The notes under the pieces were generated by a model. That model made no database searches. It saw nothing but the letters and a program-made list of their open reading frames with translations, and was not told where the DNA came from. Source: Crocinitomicaceae bacterium (GTDB lineage Bacteria > Bacteroidota > Bacteroidia > Flavobacteriales_D > Crocinitomicaceae). Taken from it: a DNA stretch of 64,000 nt. The stretch covers positions 15,888-79,887 of the forward strand of contig JBIKJE010000003.1 of NCBI GenBank assembly GCA_044361165.1. The letters run 5' to 3'. Positions 48,857 to 58,786 of this stretch are shown in pieces; the stretch's first letter is position 1; the number at the start of each line of letters is the position of its first letter. A program made the position numbers and the translations under genes.

Positions 48857-48943
48857 TTCACCATAATATTTTTATATTTGTTTGAAAGCGAAGTTCAATT
48901 TCATTCAAAAAAAGGCTTAAAATGGATGCTCAAAACCAGTTAG
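48857..48943 (+). repeat. Direct repeat B: the functional copy, holding the promoter region and 5' end of the DUF2339-like gene
   Basis: See repeat A. It contains the -7-like TATATTTG at 48873-48880 and the ATG at 48922. Confidence 0.85.
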
Positions 48944-51342
48944 AACAGTTGCAACTTAAATTGGAAAATTTAAAACAACGACAATCTTATTTTGAAAATG
49001 ACATCAAGGCCTTGGAGTTGGAGATTGAAGCACTTGCTGCGTTGATTAAAGCACAAACTTCTAGTCTAACTGCGACTCAAGAAACTATTTCTGTGACGAA
49101 AGATGAGGTAAAACCAATCATTCCATTGGCTGAACCAAAACCAACACTCGTTGCGGAAAAGGTACAAGAGACTATTGTTGAAGCGCCAAAACCGATTATT
49201 GAGACATCGAAACCAAGGATAGAAACACCGAAGCAACAACCGAAAGTTGAACCAATCAAATCCGCTGTAAATAACTCGTCCAATTCAAGTTTAGAAAAAT
49301 ACATTGGTCAGAATTTAATTCCTGTGATTGGAATTATCATCACAGTAATTGGTGTGGGAATTGGTGCAAAATATGCTATCGACCACAAATTAGTCAGTCC
49401 ACTGACGAGAATTATTTTGGGCTACGTGATGGCTTCAGGATTGTTGTTTTTTGCATTAAAATTGAAAGTAAAATACAAACAATTTAGCGCCATTTTATTG
49501 AGCGGTTCGATGGCGATATTTTATTTTATTACCTTTTTTGCATATAGTTTTTATGCGCTATTTCCCGTCCAGGTCGCATTTGTAGCGATGCTCGTGATCA
49601 CAGCCGCCACGGTTTACGCTTCCATTAAATACAATTTGATTATCATTTCGCACATTGGTTTGGTTGGTGCTTACGCCGTCCCGTTTTTACTCAGCGACGG
49701 ATCGGGTAGAGTGGGCATTTTCTTTTCATACATTTCGATTATCAATATTGGAATTTTAGCAGTTTCCTTTTTTAGAAATTGGAAATCATTGTATTATGTT
49801 TCATTTGGGTTGACTTGGTTTATTTTCCTTGCATGGTTTGCAACAGGATTCAATGACGTCAAGCATTTCAAATTGGCGATGATTTTCGTAACTGTTTTCT
49901 TTCTGATTTTCCATGCGATTAATTTGGCTTACAAACTTGTCAAGAAAGAAATTTTTGATGAATTGAACGTGATGATGGTGTTGTTTAATTCCTTTTTGTT
50001 TTACGGTATTGGAATTGCAATTTTGATGCGACATGAATCGGTAAACGATTACAAAGCTTGGTTTACATTGTTTAATGGCGTGATTCATTTAGCCGTCGCA
50101 GCTTTGCTTTATTTCTTGAAAACAGAAGACAAAAAATTCCACACTTTATCAGTTGGTTTGGCGATTTCGTATTTCACGTTGTACGTGCCGATTGAGTTAG
50201 ACGGTCGTTGGATAACCTTCTTATGGATTTTCGAAGCGGCTTTGTTGTTTTGGATTGGAAGAACGAAAGCGAGTCGCATTTATGAATTTTTTTCGTATCC
50301 GCTGATGTTGCTTGGCTTCGGTAGTTTGGTCATCAATTGGGTGGATGTTTATGCGGATTATTATCAAAATGTCAAAGATTTTAAGCTTTTTTTCAATATT
50401 AATTTCCTTACTTCATTGGTTTATGGATTGATCTTATTGTTCATTTACAAAGTGTCGAAACTATCGAAATTTCAATCGCCTTTTGCCAACAATCCTGGGA
50501 TGATGTATTTGACTCAAAACACGATTTTCGTATTGATGTTGACTATTTTGTATTTAGGAATTCACCTGGAATTGAATCAATTTTGGGTTGTAAAATACCA
50601 ACAGTCGATTACAAAAGTTGCCTTTGCGAATGATTTCATACCAAGCATCGGCGATAGTGTATTAAAATCGATGAAAACTGTTTCAAGCATATTTTATGGG
50701 CTGATTTTTGTTTCAGCACTTGGCTTTTTCAAAAGAAAATCGAATAATACTGAAGAGTTCAACATGATCTTTTTCATGGGCTTTATCTTTGCCTTATTTT
50801 TCTTCCTGACTTTGGGATTGTATGAATTGAATTCCATGCATTTAAAATACATTTATGCAGCGAAAAGTCATGTTTTCTATCGTGGTTTTGGGTTGGTCGG
50901 TATCAGGTATATTGGTTATGCGATAGTGGCGTTTGCGATGTTCATCATGCACCATTTTGTGAAAAATCAGATGAAATGGAATTCGATGAAAATCATTTCG
51001 GAATACATTCTACATACGGTGATTGTTTGGATCATCAGCGCTGAAATCGTGAATTGGATGCATACTTTTGGTTCGAATCAAGCTTACAAATTGGCATTGA
51101 GTATTTTTGCGGGCTTCTATTCTCTATTCATGATTGTGCTTGGAATTTGGAAAAACAAAATTTATCTCCGTATCGGCGCATTCGCTTTGTTTGGAATCAC
51201 TTTAATTAAATTGTTCTTCTACGACATCGCACAACTCGACACGATTTTCAAAACGGTGATTTTTATCTCCTTAGGATTGTTGTTGTTGGTAATTTCGTTT
51301 TTGTACAATAAGTACAAGAAACGTTTGTTTGGTGAAGAATAA
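48922..51342 (+). CDS. Large polytopic membrane protein, DUF2339-like (N-terminal coiled coil, Pro/Lys linker, more than 20 TM segments)
   Basis: 806 aa with an N-terminal coiled coil (LEQLQLKLENLKQRQSYFENDIKALELEIEAL) and a short KP(I/R)IET repeat linker, followed by many TM helices. Confidence 0.6.
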   Translation: MDAQNQLEQLQLKLENLKQRQSYFENDIKALELEIEALAALIKAQTSSLTATQETISVTKDEVKPIIPLAEPKPTLVAEKVQETIVEAPKPIIETSKPRIETPKQQPKVEPIKSAVNNSSNSSLEKYIGQNLIPVIGIIITVIGVGIGAKYAIDHKLVSPLTRIILGYVMASGLLFFALKLKVKYKQFSAILLSGSMAIFYFITFFAYSFYALFPVQVAFVAMLVITAATVYASIKYNLIIISHIGLVGAYAVPFLLSDGSGRVGIFFSYISIINIGILAVSFFRNWKSLYYVSFGLTWFIFLAWFATGFNDVKHFKLAMIFVTVFFLIFHAINLAYKLVKKEIFDELNVMMVLFNSFLFYGIGIAILMRHESVNDYKAWFTLFNGVIHLAVAALLYFLKTEDKKFHTLSVGLAISYFTLYVPIELDGRWITFLWIFEAALLFWIGRTKASRIYEFFSYPLMLLGFGSLVINWVDVYADYYQNVKDFKLFFNINFLTSLVYGLILLFIYKVSKLSKFQSPFANNPGMMYLTQNTIFVLMLTILYLGIHLELNQFWVVKYQQSITKVAFANDFIPSIGDSVLKSMKTVSSIFYGLIFVSALGFFKRKSNNTEEFNMIFFMGFIFALFFFLTLGLYELNSMHLKYIYAAKSHVFYRGFGLVGIRYIGYAIVAFAMFIMHHFVKNQMKWNSMKIISEYILHTVIVWIISAEIVNWMHTFGSNQAYKLALSIFAGFYSLFMIVLGIWKNKIYLRIGAFALFGITLIKLFFYDIAQLDTIFKTVIFISLGLLLLVISFLYNKYKKRLFGEE

Positions 51343-51516
51343 GACAACGGTTATTTAAAAGCTGCGTTTATTTTGTGTTTTTACTCCAAAATCAATGCTC
51401 CATCTTGGGTTAAAATTGTTTTTCCTTCTTTCTCGACGATCAACCTGATTTCAGGTGAATCGCCTTCTCTTCGGAAGAATCAGATCAAAGTCAATTCTAT
51501 TTGTTAGAAAAAGTTT

Positions 51517-52068
51517 TCATTTTTCCTCGGTTAACCATAATTGTTCTCGCCAATCTGTGACAATGTCAATCAAATCATTTAAATTCCAAGAATCAGACAA
51601 ATAGCTTAGTCCACTAAAAACAGGTGATTCTGCTCCAAGTTTGTGTGAATATTTACCATCTTCTAAATCGTAATTATTTTCGTATTCGATTTCTAAATTT
51701 GCAAGATGTTTTATAGTGTTTTAACGTAATTTTTGAGGTAAATCTCTATGTTTATAATAATTTGCAAGTGCGATGATTAAATGAATTCTAGTCGTTTCAG
51801 TATTATTTATTTCTTTGTCTAATTGATATTTTGAGTGTATTTTTTTAAGGTCAGGAAATAAATCTGAAATACTACTGTTAATGTAATTTTGAAGTACTAT
51901 AAAAACTATTCCAACTAAATGTTCTGCATCATCCGAATAAACACTATCCCAATAGATATATTCTTCTTTTTTATTGTGAATAATTATCTTTTCAAATTCT
52001 ATTTTAATCGGCTTGATAAGCTTTTTAACAGTGTTAACCCTGGAATCGGTTCTTAAATAATTTGGCAT
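51517..52068 (-). pseudogene. Hypothetical gene interrupted by an in-frame TAA (115 codons + TAA + 67 codons)
   Basis: The tracked ORF 51721-52068 ends ...DLPQKLR-TAA. Hand translation continues in the same frame without a stop (NTIKHLANLEIEYENNYDLEDGKYSHKLGAESPVFSGLSYLSDSWNLNDLIDIVTDWREQLWLTEEK) to TGA at 51517-51519. Confidence 0.5.
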
Positions 52069-52123
52069 AATTCCATATTAATTGAATAAAATAAGTAGTA
52101 AATCAAAAAAAGCACTTTTGTTT

Positions 52124-52810
52124 TTAATTTTTAAGGAGTCTGATTGATAGACCTTCTTCTAAATTATAAATATCACCAGTAAAGCTTCCGTTAAAGTCTC
52201 TCAGTCCAAAACCAATTAAAATTGGGCTTCCAAATTCAAAGCTTTGTCCATACTTGCTAACACTCCAATAAGCATATTGAAAAGGTCCATATTGACCATT
52301 TCCAAACCTTGTTCCTATTGGTAATGCCGAAAAGCCACTGCTATTTGTCCCATTAAACCTTTCTTTTGATTTCATTTTTGCACCAGCAATTTCTTCTCCT
52401 CCTAAATATTCTATCAATGTATACCAATCGTCTTCTTCTGGAATATGCCAGCCTTTAGGAGCAAGTCCTCTTGGATCAATTACTGCGTAACCGTTGTATA
52501 ATTTACCATCGTAATATTTATTTTTGGATGTGTCTTCATAATAACACCATGCTGGTTCATGAGCTTGCACATATGATTTCCATTGCTCGTTATTTTCTGC
52601 ATATGGTATTGTATCTCCATTTCGAAATGTGATGACGTCAAGGTTTTTACGGCTCCAAGTTTGAGTGCCAATAATAATTTGTTCCTTTAATGAATCAGCA
52701 ACTGTGATATTTTTATTGAAGTTTTCACTTAAATTTTTTGTGCTAGTATTACTGCAAAAGATAATTAGAACTGAAATGGATACAGCTAGTAATAAACTAA
52801 TTTTTTTCAT
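52124..52810 (-). CDS. Lipoprotein with Fibrobacter succinogenes major paralogous (FISUMP) domain
   Basis: 228 aa with a lipoprotein-like signal (LLAVSISVLIIFCS). Domain motifs are IGTQTWSRKNLDV, GKLYNGYAV.DPRGLAPKGWHIPEEDDW and GTNSSGFSALP.G. Confidence 0.8.
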   Translation of the reverse strand: MKKISLLLAVSISVLIIFCSNTSTKNLSENFNKNITVADSLKEQIIIGTQTWSRKNLDVITFRNGDTIPYAENNEQWKSYVQAHEPAWCYYEDTSKNKYYDGKLYNGYAVIDPRGLAPKGWHIPEEDDWYTLIEYLGGEEIAGAKMKSKERFNGTNSSGFSALPIGTRFGNGQYGPFQYAYWSVSKYGQSFEFGSPILIGFGLRDFNGSFTGDIYNLEEGLSIRLLKN

Positions 52811-53019
52811 GATTTTACAATTTATGTTTTATGCCGATGTTTTTGTTGCAAATTTTATTTTGGCCGTCTAAATATTCTTTAAAGATATCAAGTATTTTTA
52901 ATTTGTCTTCTAGTTTAAATTTTAATACTTGTAATTTATCTCTTCTTATATTAGTGTATTTAGATAGTTTTTAAAATCCCTATTCTCCTAGCATCTTATT
53001 ATATTACTCCAAAAACTAA

Positions 53020-53050
53020 AAAAGCTGCCTGAAAATATCAGACAGCTTTT
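53020..53050 (-). terminator. Hairpin terminator downstream of yqeY (symmetrical, could act in both directions)
   Basis: AAAAGCTGCCTGA-loop-TCAGACAGCTTTT with one mismatch and A/T runs on both sides. Confidence 0.6.
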
Positions 53051-53097
53051 AAACAACATCTAGTGAAGTTATTCCTCACTGGAAAATAAAGCCTAAT

Positions 53098-53544
53098 TTA
53101 TATGCTTAACTCTTCTTTAACAAGGGAAGAAATGACTTTTCCGTCCGCTTTTCCTGCTAATTTAGATGTTAAGATGCCCATCACTTTGCCCATTTCTTGT
53201 GGTCCTGAAGCGCCGGTTTGAGCGATTGCTGCTTGCACTTCCGCACGAATCTCGTCTTCTGACAACATTTTTGGAAGGTAAGCTTCGATGATTTGCGCTT
53301 GAAAAATTTCATCATGCGCCAAATCTTCTCTATTTTGCTCGATATAAAGCGTGTAAGTATCCATGCGTTGCTTGTGCAACTTCATTACAATTTTCATTGC
53401 AACTTCTTCGGAAACTTCTCCTGACCCTGAAGTAGCTTCCAGCATCAGTTTCGACTTAATATCTCTCAAAGCAGCCAATTTTTCCTTTTCTTTGGCAAGC
53501 ATGGCCGCTTTAATATCTGCATTGATTCTTTCTGTGAAAGTCAT
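53098..53544 (-). CDS. GatB/YqeY-domain protein
   Basis: About 148 aa from ATG at 53544; the track begins 2 codons earlier at a TTG. The N-terminus is INADIKAAMLAKEKEKLAALRDIKSKL. Confidence 0.85.
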   Translation of the reverse strand: MTFTERINADIKAAMLAKEKEKLAALRDIKSKLMLEATSGSGEVSEEVAMKIVMKLHKQRMDTYTLYIEQNREDLAHDEIFQAQIIEAYLPKMLSEDEIRAEVQAAIAQTGASGPQEMGKVMGILTSKLAGKADGKVISSLVKEELSI

Positions 53545-53546
53545 AA

Positions 53547-55175
53547 TCAATCTACGTTATCGTGTAAAAATGAATTGTTGCTTCTCAAAGTCGCCGTTCC
53601 ATTTTGTCCATCTGTCAAACCAAATCTAGAAACAGTTGAATCTGTGCTTGGGTTTGATGCATCCAAATTGATGTTTCTACGAACGTAAGCTGGCTCATTT
53701 TCCAATGCGCTGATTCCGTCTGTTTTTCTCAATTTTTGTGTGTACAATTGGATTCTTTCCAAACGCTCTTGAGCCAATCTTTGTTGCTCTTCTGGTGAAG
53801 TTGTTGTTCTAGGTGTACGATTGTTTAAATCTAATTTTGCTTCAACATCGTCATCTAAATCAAAAACAACCACATTTGGTGCTTCCGTTTTTACTTCTTT
53901 TTGTACAGGAGTCGCATTGATTTCCCAATCTAATTCCAAGGTTGGTTCTTCTTTTTTGTACTCAATTTTTGCTTCTTCTGGAAAAGAAATGATTGGTTGC
54001 GTAATTTCAACTTTCGCTTCCACTGTGTTCAAATCTTCTGCTTTCAAGTATGGCTCTGGAGCGACAGGCGCTTCAATTTTTGCTTCAACAATAGGCGCAA
54101 CAACTGGAGTTGCAGCTTGAGTTGGAGATTGAAGAGGTGCAGTAATTTCATTTTTAGGCTCTTGATCCAATGTAATCACAGTGCGCTCAGGAGCTTTTTC
54201 AAATCCAGTAATTGGAGATGATTTGAAACCTGTAGCAATCAAAGTAACACTCAATTTATCACCCAAAGTTGGATCATAACCGTGTCCCCAAATTACATCT
54301 GCAGAAGAACCAGCTTCTTGTTGGATATAATCTGTAATAATTCCGATTTCATCCATCAAAACTTCTTTGTCACCGTAAGTAATGTTCAACAATACGTAGT
54401 TTGCACCTTCAATATTATTGTCATTCAACAAAGGAGAATTCATCGCGTTTTGAACACATTCTAATGCACGGTTTTCACCTTCTGCGCTTGCAGACCCCAT
54501 GATCGCAACACCTGAATCTTTCATTACAGTGTTCACATCATTAAAGTCAACGTTCACCGCTCCAGTAACTGAAATTACTTCAGCAATTCCTTTTGCAGCA
54601 GTTGAAAGTACATTATCAGCTTGTGAAAATGCATTTCCAATCGTCAAGTTTCCTGTGATTTCACGTAAACGTTCGTTGTTGATTACCAATAAAGTATCAA
54701 CGTTTTGACGCATTCCTTCCAAACCTTCTTCAGCTTGTTGGCGGCGTTTTCTTCCTTCAAAACTGAAAGGAACCGTTACAATTCCAACAGTTAAAATCCC
54801 CATTTCTTTGGCAACTTGTGCAATTACAGGTGCGGCACCAGTACCAGTTCCACCACCCATTCCCGCAGTTACGAAAACCATTTTGGTTCCATTACTCAAA
54901 AATTCGCGAATTTCTTCAATATTTTCAATTGCCGCATTTTTCCCGATTTCTGGAATTGCTCCTGCTCCGCGTCCTTCTGTCAAACTCAAACCTAATTGAA
55001 TTTTAATCGGAACTGGAGAAATGTCTAATGCTTGGCGGTCTGTGTTACATACTATGAAGTCAACACCTTTAATGCCTTGACTGTACATGTGGTTAACGGC
55101 ATTGCTACCACCACCACCAACTCCAATCACTTTGATGATTGAAGTAATGTCTCTTGGTAAATCGAATTCCATCAT
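53547..55175 (-). CDS. ftsZ: Cell division protein FtsZ
   Basis: 542 aa with GVGGGGSNAVNHM and the tubulin signature GMGGGTGTGAAPV. It has a long P/A/E-rich linker and a C-terminal conserved peptide. Confidence 0.98.
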   Translation of the reverse strand: MMEFDLPRDITSIIKVIGVGGGGSNAVNHMYSQGIKGVDFIVCNTDRQALDISPVPIKIQLGLSLTEGRGAGAIPEIGKNAAIENIEEIREFLSNGTKMVFVTAGMGGGTGTGAAPVIAQVAKEMGILTVGIVTVPFSFEGRKRRQQAEEGLEGMRQNVDTLLVINNERLREITGNLTIGNAFSQADNVLSTAAKGIAEVISVTGAVNVDFNDVNTVMKDSGVAIMGSASAEGENRALECVQNAMNSPLLNDNNIEGANYVLLNITYGDKEVLMDEIGIITDYIQQEAGSSADVIWGHGYDPTLGDKLSVTLIATGFKSSPITGFEKAPERTVITLDQEPKNEITAPLQSPTQAATPVVAPIVEAKIEAPVAPEPYLKAEDLNTVEAKVEITQPIISFPEEAKIEYKKEEPTLELDWEINATPVQKEVKTEAPNVVVFDLDDDVEAKLDLNNRTPRTTTSPEEQQRLAQERLERIQLYTQKLRKTDGISALENEPAYVRRNINLDASNPSTDSTVSRFGLTDGQNGTATLRSNNSFLHDNVD

Positions 55176-55219
55176 TTTTGCTTTATTTTATTTGTTGTTT
55201 TATTGTTGTTCTATTATAA

Positions 55220-56521
55220 TTATTCTTCGTCTTCTTTGATAAAATCTTTGACTCCTGTCAAAATTTTCCCGAAGAAACTTCCTTTCTTTCCATCCTCAGA
55301 AGAGTGACCTTTCACACCTGTTGGTTCTGTTTGAACAGTTTTTGAATTTGCGGCTTCACTTCTTTCCAACGCTTCAAACCCTTTTAATACCAAACCAATT
55401 CCAGTTGAATACATTGGGCTAGTCAAGTTTTCAATTGAATTTGAACTTGCCAAATGCTCTGTTGGATAACCAATGCGTGTATCCATGCCAGTCAAGTATT
55501 CAAATAATTGTGTGATGTGTCTCAATTGAGAACCTCCACCAGTCACTACAATTCCTGCGATCAATTTTTTCTCATATCCTGAATTTCGGATTTCATGGTA
55601 AACGTGTTCAATGATTTCCTCCATTCTTGCCTGAATGATACTTGCCAAATTACGAACGGTAATTTCTTTCGGTTTTTGACCGCGAATTCCCGGAATGCAA
55701 ACGATTTCAGTGTCTTGACTTTCACTTGCCAATGCTGAACCGAAACGAACTTTTAGTTTCTCCGCTTGCGGTCTCATGATTGTGCAGCCGTCTTTGATAT
55801 CGTTTGTTATTACATTTCCGCCAAAAGGAATCACATGTGTATGGCGAATAATTCCTTCGTGGAAAATCGCGATATCTGTTGTTCCACCACCGATGTCAAC
55901 CAACACAACTCCTGCTTCTTTTTCATCTTCTGACAAAACAGCTTCTGCAGATGCTAGCGGTTCCAAAATTGTATCTTTTACATCTAATCCAGCTCTTTCG
56001 ATGCATTTATGAATGTTTTTTGCTGCAGTTACATGTCCAGTAATAATGTGGAAATTCGCTTCCAATCTCACGCCCGACATTCCAATTGGATCTTTGATTC
56101 CTTGCTCACTGTCAACGATGTATTCTTGTGGCAACACGTGGATTATTTCTTCACCTGGTTGCATTACTAATTTATACATATCGTCAATCAATGCATCAAT
56201 GTCTTTCTGAGAAATTTCATCTTCTACCTGATTTCTGGTATAGATTCCTCTGTGCTGCAGACTTTTAATGTGTTGACCAGCAATTCCAACATTCACGGCA
56301 CGAATGATTAATTGCCCATCTACACGCTCTTGCGCTTCAGTAACGGCTGCTTTGATAGATTGAACTGTTTTGTCAATATTTGAAACCATTCCACGCGAAA
56401 CGCCAAGGGAATCACTTTTCCCCATTGATAGAATTTCAATTTTACCGTGTTCGTTTTTTGTTCCAACGAAGCAAGCAATTTTTGTAGTTCCAATATCCAG
56501 TCCAACAATTATTTGTGCCAT
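55220..56521 (-). CDS. ftsA: Cell division protein FtsA
   Basis: Actin-like ATPase motifs are present (VGLDIGTTKIACFVG, VLVDIGGGTTDIAIF). The ORF is open to 56551, but MAQIIVGLDIG at 56521 is the likely start. Confidence 0.95.
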   Translation of the reverse strand: MAQIIVGLDIGTTKIACFVGTKNEHGKIEILSMGKSDSLGVSRGMVSNIDKTVQSIKAAVTEAQERVDGQLIIRAVNVGIAGQHIKSLQHRGIYTRNQVEDEISQKDIDALIDDMYKLVMQPGEEIIHVLPQEYIVDSEQGIKDPIGMSGVRLEANFHIITGHVTAAKNIHKCIERAGLDVKDTILEPLASAEAVLSEDEKEAGVVLVDIGGGTTDIAIFHEGIIRHTHVIPFGGNVITNDIKDGCTIMRPQAEKLKVRFGSALASESQDTEIVCIPGIRGQKPKEITVRNLASIIQARMEEIIEHVYHEIRNSGYEKKLIAGIVVTGGGSQLRHITQLFEYLTGMDTRIGYPTEHLASSNSIENLTSPMYSTGIGLVLKGFEALERSEAANSKTVQTEPTGVKGHSSEDGKKGSFFGKILTGVKDFIKEDEE

Positions 56522-56571
56522 ATTACTTTTTCTTTTAATGCCCAAAATCAAATTTCAATTGAAATTTGACC

Positions 56572-57381
56572 TCATTCACTGATTATCTTTTTTTTCTTAC
56601 AAACAATTTGTTTGTCGTATTTCAAGTTGATGACTTCATATTTGTCCCAACCTTCATAAGGCAAACCTTCTTTGTAAAAAATGGTCAATTTTTTAAATTT
56701 TTCAGCAACATCTTCGTTTGTACGAGCAGAGCCAAAAATTATTTTTTGACCGCCAACTTGAGGTACAAGTACAAAATCTCCGTTCTTTTCAAGGTTGATT
56801 TGTCCTATTTGAGCACTCAAGAAAGCATCGTTACAAACATAACTCGAAATTCGATAGATATCATCTAAATTTCGAATACTTATCAAGGTATCATTGTTAA
56901 TAATTTTATAGACAGATTCTGAGTTTTTTCGGTCTTTAATAAAACCTGTAATTATCACAACGCGAGCAGTGTAAAGGTATGAAGGAGCCATCGTATTCCC
57001 TTCCTCATCTAGGTAAAAATCTTCTCCATACATGTTAAAAATTCGAGCGATTGGTTTTCGGATGTTTACTTTTATGTTCCAAGTACCTCCCAAGTTGGAA
57101 TAAACTTTGACTTCCTTGACCTCTGTCATTTGTCCAATGAATTTTTCGATTTCTGCAATTTTGAGGTTTTCCATTTTTTGTCCGGGATAGACAAATCCTG
57201 CACGTTTTAATCGAGTCAATAAATCGGCTTTAGTCAAGAATACATTTTCACCGTTGATAAGAATGTCAATTTCTGGTTCTTTTAATTCTGATTCCAATTG
57301 TGCGGTTTTGGCCATACTCAAAAGCACAAACACTGCAATAGTGAAAGCGCTCCATAATGATATTTTTAGCCATTTTTTCAT
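56572..57381 (-). CDS. ftsQ: Cell division protein FtsQ (POTRA-containing)
   Basis: 269 aa with a single N-terminal TM segment. It lies between murC and ftsA and overlaps murC by 4 nt. Confidence 0.8.
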   Translation of the reverse strand: MKKWLKISLWSAFTIAVFVLLSMAKTAQLESELKEPEIDILINGENVFLTKADLLTRLKRAGFVYPGQKMENLKIAEIEKFIGQMTEVKEVKVYSNLGGTWNIKVNIRKPIARIFNMYGEDFYLDEEGNTMAPSYLYTARVVIITGFIKDRKNSESVYKIINNDTLISIRNLDDIYRISSYVCNDAFLSAQIGQINLEKNGDFVLVPQVGGQKIIFGSARTNEDVAEKFKKLTIFYKEGLPYEGWDKYEVINLKYDKQIVCKKKKIISE

Positions 57382-58739
57382 CGACTCAATATTTCTTTTA
57401 ATGGAAGTACAATTCTGTCAATATCGCCTGCGCCTATTGTCAAAATGACACCTTCTGTTCTTTCGCTCAATAACGAAACCGCATTATTTGGTAACAAGAC
57501 TTTTTTATTGTTCAAGGTGCACATTTCCAACAATGCCTCACTTGTGATTCCCTCCATTGGTTCTTCTCTCGCCGGATAAATTGGCAACAGAATCAATTCG
57601 TCCACTTTGGATAATTCGAGCGCAAAATCGTTCATGAAATCTTTCGTTCTAGAAAATAAATGCGGTTGAAAAACCCCTGTAATTGATTGATTTGGATAAA
57701 GTAATTTTACTGAATCAACCAATGCTTTTATTTCTGTTGGATGGTGCGCATAATCATCAATGTAAACCAATTTTGGCGTGCGAATCTGGTATTCAAATCT
57801 GCGTTTCACACCTTTGAAAGTTTTCAATCCAAATCTGATTTCTTCTTCTGAAAGTCCTAAAAACAAGCAAAAAGCGATACATGCCAAGGCATTCTCAGCG
57901 TTGTGAATTCCAGGCAATCCCAATTCAATGTTTTTCCAATGGTGTTTTTCAGAAACTAAATCCATTGAAAAAATGCCTGATTCCACTTTCAAATTTTCGC
58001 CTTTGAAATCAGCTTCTTCATTGATTGCATAACTGATTATCGGTGCGGAAGAGGTCAAGTTTAACCCTTTTTTTAAAATCAATATTCCGTCTGGATTGAT
58101 TTGATTGGCATAATCTTGAAAACCCTTTAAGAAAGTTTGCGCATCGCCATAAATATCCAAATGATCAGCATCTGTGGACGTAATAATTGATCCAAAAGGC
58201 GACAATTGCAAAAATGAACGATCAAATTCATCTGCTTCAATTACTGTAAATTCGGACGTTTTAGAAGCAACAAAATTGGTGTTGAAATTCGATGAAATAC
58301 CACCTAAAAAGGCATTGCATTTCACATGTGATTCATTCAAAATATGGGTCAACATGGTGCTTGTAGTCGTTTTACCATGTGTACCAGCGACACCTAGACC
58401 TTTGGATGTTCGGGTGATTAATCCCAGTACTTCAGCGCGTTTTAGAAGAGTGAAGCCATTATTTTTGAAGAAATCAAATTCGCCTAATTTTTTAATTGCT
58501 GGTGTATATACGACCAATGTTTCAGATGCATTTGAAAAATTTTCGTTTATCTGATTTCCCAAATCTTCAAAATGAACTTCGATTCCTTCTTTTTGCAATT
58601 CGTTGGTGAGTGGAGTAGGTGTTTTGTCGTAACCAGAAACAAATAATCCTTTCATATTGAAATAACGCGCCAAGGCAGACATCCCAATCCCTCCGATTCC
58701 GAGGAAGTAAATATTTTTATATGTTTCTAATGTTCTCAT
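57378..58739 (-). CDS. murC: UDP-N-acetylmuramate--L-alanine ligase
   Basis: 453 aa, IYFLGIGGIGMSALARY and GVAGTHGKTTTSTM. Confidence 0.97.
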   Translation of the reverse strand: MRTLETYKNIYFLGIGGIGMSALARYFNMKGLFVSGYDKTPTPLTNELQKEGIEVHFEDLGNQINENFSNASETLVVYTPAIKKLGEFDFFKNNGFTLLKRAEVLGLITRTSKGLGVAGTHGKTTTSTMLTHILNESHVKCNAFLGGISSNFNTNFVASKTSEFTVIEADEFDRSFLQLSPFGSIITSTDADHLDIYGDAQTFLKGFQDYANQINPDGILILKKGLNLTSSAPIISYAINEEADFKGENLKVESGIFSMDLVSEKHHWKNIELGLPGIHNAENALACIAFCLFLGLSEEEIRFGLKTFKGVKRRFEYQIRTPKLVYIDDYAHHPTEIKALVDSVKLLYPNQSITGVFQPHLFSRTKDFMNDFALELSKVDELILLPIYPAREEPMEGITSEALLEMCTLNNKKVLLPNNAVSLLSERTEGVILTIGAGDIDRIVLPLKEILSR

Positions 58740-58786
58740 TCGTATTTCATAATTGCAGATAGTTAATTTGTTAATCTTCTAATTTC

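Larger units (their letters stand above)
46771..48943 (+). mobile_element. Putative inserted hipBST-like cassette bounded by ~88-bp direct repeats (no recombinase inside)
   Basis: The direct repeats bracket exactly the three TA genes and their upstream region. Sequence outside and inside the repeats is unrelated. Confidence 0.4.
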
